A stretch of 27,640 nucleotides of DNA from Methanomicrobiales archaeon (lineage in GTDB: Archaea; Halobacteriota; Methanomicrobia; Methanomicrobiales; Methanospirillaceae): positions 1 through 27,640 of the forward strand of contig JBAXJR010000031.1 in NCBI GenBank assembly GCA_037137755.1, written 5' to 3'. Position 1 is the first letter of the stretch; each line of letters starts with the position of its first letter. Of this stretch, positions 26,947-27,640 are shown one piece after another. The notes below the pieces were generated by a model. It worked only from the letters and a program-made list of their open reading frames with translations. It was not told the origin of the DNA and searched no databases. Position numbers and translations under genes: made by a program.

Positions 26947-27611
26947 AATGTTCCCCTCCTGATCATTTCAACAGGTATCGTATTGTTGTGAAGCGCGGTC
27001 GCAATAATCGCACCGTCAAACCCGGAATCTGCCAGAAGTTCCAGGTCTTCAACCGACGCGACACCCCCACCCCAGAGGAGTTTTCCGAAATATGCTTCTC
27101 TCATGTTTCCGGGCCGCACCCGGGCCAGTCCCTTTGACGTGCCGACCCCGCTGATATCAAGCAGGATACAGCCGTCAAAATGTAACTCATTAACAGATCT
27201 GATGTATTCTTCCGGGGTTCTGCCGGACGGGATTACAAGCCCTTCTTTCATGTCGATACTCAGGTATCCCGATTTGTAACGGGTTAAATCCTCACCCGCA
27301 GTTTCTGTACCGATCACGTTCTCAAAATGGTCGAGGGCAAGCAGGTCCCCGGGATCCCTGCACCCCCTGTCAGCATAGCAGTGGCTGACAAGCTGGTTGC
27401 ACCGGGCGATTATATCGTCATGTGACCCGGCACCGGTGATCCTGTCGAGATCGGCGATATAGATCGACCGGGGCCTGATGTGACAGATGAACCCTTCAGG
27501 GTCGGCAACGGGTGATGCCCCCCAGGTAAGCGGGCGGTAGTTCATACGGTCGCCACGCTCACCATGGACAACGAGCCCGTCCTTCAAATCCATTGCGAGA
27601 ACAAGTTCCAT
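26940..27611 (-). CDS. HisA/HisF-related TIM barrel protein (methanogen/methylotroph type)
   Basis: MDLKDGLVVHG..GDR.NYRPL, IYIADLDRI, IGTET, LDISGVGT..G, GGGV and ATALH motifs. Confidence 0.88.
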   Translation of the reverse strand: MELVLAMDLKDGLVVHGERGDRMNYRPLTWGASPVADPEGFICHIRPRSIYIADLDRITGAGSHDDIIARCNQLVSHCYADRGCRDPGDLLALDHFENVIGTETAGEDLTRYKSGYLSIDMKEGLVIPSGRTPEEYIRSVNELHFDGCILLDISGVGTSKGLARVRPGNMREAYFGKLLWGGGVASVEDLELLADSGFDGAIIATALHNNTIPVEMIRRGTFC

Positions 27612-27640
27612 GCCAGAACGCAATCACTATTAGGATAAAA

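Noticed and set aside
1-27640. CRISPR arrays, transposases, integrases, tRNA/rRNA genes and known defence systems
   Set aside because: No spaced direct repeats, terminal inverted repeats with a transposase, or matching motifs were seen by eye; nearly all sequence is accounted for by housekeeping genes.

Overview
Archaeal chromosomal housekeeping region, most consistent with a Methanomicrobiales methanogen (inferred from gene content and protein style). The left third is a minus-strand translation/SRP cluster: rnp4, yhbY, rps19e, PDCD5-like, PP-loop ATPase, rpl39e, rpl31e, eIF6, rpl18a, pfdA, ftsY, srp54, trmY and pus10. Pus10 runs off the left edge, and both pus10 and rpl39e are missing from the ORF track. 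The rest holds purN, a CorB/CNNM transporter, a TIM-barrel protein divergent from bacterial-type xseAB, DUF371, a zinc-finger protein, a membrane-anchored FKBP-like protein, Hsp20, a CBS+ParB/Srx protein, an NDP-sugar synthase, an Obg/YchF GTPase, a PK_C-like protein, a DUF92 protein, valS, tmk and a HisA-related protein. I saw no CRISPR array, tRNA, rRNA or transposase. The most notable unexplained signals are: (1) a ~91-nt, strand-specific three-way-junction RNA candidate in the trmY-pus10 spacer, carrying a 13-nt complement of the 16S 3' end; (2) a tmk gene that appears to need a non-canonical (CTG) start; (3) a 5' leader hairpin on hsp20; (4) a cluster of inverted repeats between rnp4 and purN. 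All structures were paired by eye, not computed.
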